A program made the translations under genes and the position numbers. DNA of 25,213 nt from Vezdaea acicularis (Eukaryota): the NCBI GenBank assembly GCA_026025075.1, contig JAPEUI010000033.1, positions 124,001 through 149,213 of the forward strand. Reading direction: 5' to 3'. Under the pieces are notes generated by a model. That model had not been told where the DNA came from. It did no database searches and was given only the letters and a program-made list of their open reading frames with translations. Positions within the stretch are counted from its first letter, which is position 1, and every line of letters begins with the position of its first letter. Of the stretch, positions 22,433 through 25,213 are shown piece by piece.

Positions 22433-23578
22433 ATGGATGCCACGCAGCGGCATATATCTGCTATAGCAGATGAAGGCAGCCATGTCTCGGCCAAGCCTGC
22501 ATCTTCTAAACAGAGCAGTCGTTCACGAGAAGCACTAAAGGATATAGCTTTTGGCTCGGTATGTTTGACGCAGATGACTTTGCTCTGAAGCCTTCTTTGG
22601 TTTTGAAGAAAGCCATAGAACTTGAGATGAGGCTGCTAACGATGTCTGCCTTTAGATTGCTGGCATTGTGGGCAAATACATCGAATATCCGTTCGATACA
22701 GTCAAAGTACGGCTACAGTCTCAATCAGACAGTCAAGCATTACGATACCGAGGACCCCTGGATTGCTTTCGACAGTCATTCCAGCAAGATGGCATTCGCG
22801 GCTTTTATCGTGGGATTAGCGCTCCACTTGTAGGGGCTGCTCTCGAGACTAGTAGCCTTTTCTTCAGTGTTGAGTTCCCCAACTCGATAAATTGAGCAAC
22901 TTTTTACTGACGGAATCCTAGTACCGACTCGCTCAATCCGCTCTGCAGGCTACAATCTATACTGATAGGCCACTCACAATTCCAGCACTTGTAGCCTGCG
23001 GCGGCGCATCGGGAGCTTTCACTTCAATTCTTCTCACGCCGATTGAACTTGTTAAATGCAAGATGCAAGTGCCACATTATTCCTCGGGATCTTCGACTGG
23101 AGCTCCAGGCGTCCTTGATCTTATTCGATCAATCCATCGACATCAAGGTTTATCTGGATTTTGGCACGGACAGATGGGAACACTCATTCGTGAAACTGGT
23201 GGTTCTGCGGCATGGTTTGGTAGTTATGAGGCTCTATCTGCGGCCTTCCGACCCTTGAGGTCGCCAGCAACTGAAACCGAGAACACCGGTACCGTAGCTC
23301 TGCCAATATGGCAACAAATGGTAGCAGGAGCAATCGCAGGCATGAGCTACAATCTCGTGTTTTACCCTGCTGACACGATCAAATCGAGGATGCAAACCGA
23401 AAAGCTTGGACTTCCTGGGTCTAGAAAAGAAACATTTCTCGTGGTTGGCAAGGCATTGTGGCGCCAACAAGGTCTTGCAGGGTTTTATCGAGGCTGTGGA
23501 ATAACTGTTGCAAGAGCAGCACCTAGCTCGGCCTTTATTTTTACAGTTTATGAGGCGCTTAGGGCTTGGTTTGGATAG
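22433..23578 (+). CDS. ORT1: Mitochondrial ornithine carrier (Ort1/AmcA/Arg-13 type), ~331 aa; exons 22433-22558, 22656-22868, 22922-23578
   Basis: Three carrier signatures ([33 protein letters not shown]) plus the subfamily motifs [33 protein letters not shown] and [18 protein letters not shown]. Introns 22559-22655 and 22869-22921. Confidence 0.9.
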
Positions 23579-24248
23579 GAATAGGCGTTTGTATAGACAA
23601 AAATGGGTGTTGCCGAGAGAGACGCTCGCGCTGGTCTTTAAAAAGTTGGCTATTTAGAGTAGATTGCGTCGCACGCATGTTAGACGCTCTCATCTTGGGT
23701 TTAAGCCCAAATAGAATTATTGCATCTAATCAGAAGACAGATAGCAATTAGTAGAAGAGCGGTAGAGACTTGAAATGCTAAGCACTGTGGAAGTTTGCCT
23801 CCGAATCCAAGGAGGAATCGATTGCGGAGTTCCTTGAGCGAATCATTAACCAGCGCCAAGGAGGCGTTGCTTAACGAGCCCTCGTACCGGGGTTACAAGG
23901 CTGACAGCCGCCGCGTCTAAAGTCTTGATTTTCAGGAAAGGGTGTCCATTACCACCACCTTCTTGTCGTCTATCACAACCTTCTCCTTTCAGTATTGAGC
24001 TCTGTCCTTTCCAACATAGTACTTGTACCATATATTTTCCATGCGACACCGGTGAAGTAACGATCTGCGACCACACATCACACGATACAACCAACCACTT
24101 CCACCTAGCACCTCAGTCCCCGTCATCAGCTCGCGGAAAGACTTTCAAAGCGACAGTTTCAGCGCCCCACGCTTTCACAGAGGCTCGAGGATCCTCTGTG
24201 GCTTATATCAATGCAGCTTCTTGCATCATTATCTCTTCTCTCGCAACG

Positions 24249-25213
24249 ATGAGGTTCTGGGGCTCACACCATCCGCCGCGACGGCTGCTGCCCTCAGTGT
24301 TGGTGTCTTTGATATGTACATCTCTTTTAGCGTGCGTCGCATCAGCAAAGGCTGGCCCTGAAATCACCAAGACTGCTTTCGATAATATACCAATGTCACT
24401 CTTCTATTTCGATGACACCGACACCATACTCTTCAATGACCGCGATGCTGGGATCGTATACCGAACCACCAACGCCGGAATCAAATGGGATCCAATTGCA
24501 CAAGTCCCTAAAGGAGTCGAGCACTTCTTGTTTGAGCACCCTTATGATAACCACAGAGCATACCTTCTGGGCGGTGCCCTCGATCACTGGGCTACTGATG
24601 ACCGGGGCGAAACGTGGTATCAATTTTCGACAGAACACTACCTTAGTACCTTCAGCGCTCCCTTGAACTTCCATGCTGAAGATCCCGAAAAAATAATCTT
24701 TAATGCAATGAAATGCGACGATCCTTTCATGATGTGTGATGAGATGGTGCGAATAGTTCCTATAGATGTACTCGGAATTCCTCGATGCTGACTGTCATAG
24801 GCTTATCACACCGTTGATGGGTTCAAAACGACCCCTAAACTTCTACGAACGGCGACCAGGGGGTGCTACTTTGCAAAGTCGTCCAACCTTTTCTCCACTG
24901 GTGATCCTAAAACCGATGGGCGGCGAATCCTTTGTGTTGCGGAGGGCAGGTATTCCAATTGGCCAAGAGATAACAGGTTGCTTGTATCCGACGATTACTT
25001 TGATACAGAAGAAGAACCAGATCTTGATAAAGGTCGAACAGTTCCTGGTGTCGTCGACATGGCGATTGTATCTAACTACCTGGTTGTCGCTGTAAAAGCT
25101 GAAGGCACTCAGGAGATGGCTCTCTTCGTTACAACCGACGCCGAGCATTGGCACAGAGCAGAGTTCCCAAGCGACCATAGACTTGAGGAAGATGCTTATA
25201 CTATCTTAGAGTC
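24249..25213 (+). CDS. VPS10: Vacuolar sorting receptor Vps10/Pep1 (sortilin family), 5' part; exons 24249-24746 and 24801 to beyond 25213
   Basis: Signal peptide (LLPSVLVSLICTSLLACVASA), LFYFDDTDTIL, BNR/Asp-box motifs YRTTNAGIKW and WATDDRGETW, LNFHAEDPEKIIF. Intron 24747-24800 (GTGCGA..GCTGAC..TAG) continues as AYHTVDGFKT..RGCYFAKS..EMALFVTTDAEHWHRAEFP..EEDAYTILE. Truncated by the window end. Confidence 0.92.

Noticed and set aside
23925..24248. N-terminal extension of VPS10 in the 288-aa track ORF
   Set aside because: It starts at TTG. The ATG at 24249 directly precedes the signal peptide, so the upstream part is promoter or 5' UTR.

Overview
Eukaryotic DNA from a filamentous ascomycete (Pezizomycotina-like: short 53-87 nt GT-AG introns, CTRAY branch points). 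Reading the splice sites by hand gives seven genes. Left, accessory-looking part: a 2-exon ~224-aa orphan with two C-terminal TM helices (287-1028 +) and a 6-exon ~2120-aa NACHT-TPR NLR-like gene (2886-9555 +). Housekeeping block: Reg1/Hex2-like PP1 regulator (10998-12785 -), a coiled-coil single-TM protein ending -FDEL (19843-21061 -), CgrA/CGR1 (21447-21934 -, missed by the ORF track), mitochondrial ornithine carrier ORT1/AmcA (22433-23578 +) and the 5' part of VPS10 (24249 to window end, +). The most notable signal is in the ~7-kb intergenic gap. About 2 kb (~17670-19760) lacks a credible ORF and shows nested long-range complementarity, with G-U pairs favouring a + strand RNA. It also has an AACCCUAA motif right after a long 5' helix and a CR4/5-like three-way junction. 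This is a candidate telomerase RNA or another large structured lncRNA. All folding was done by eye and no canonical telomerase pseudoknot was found.
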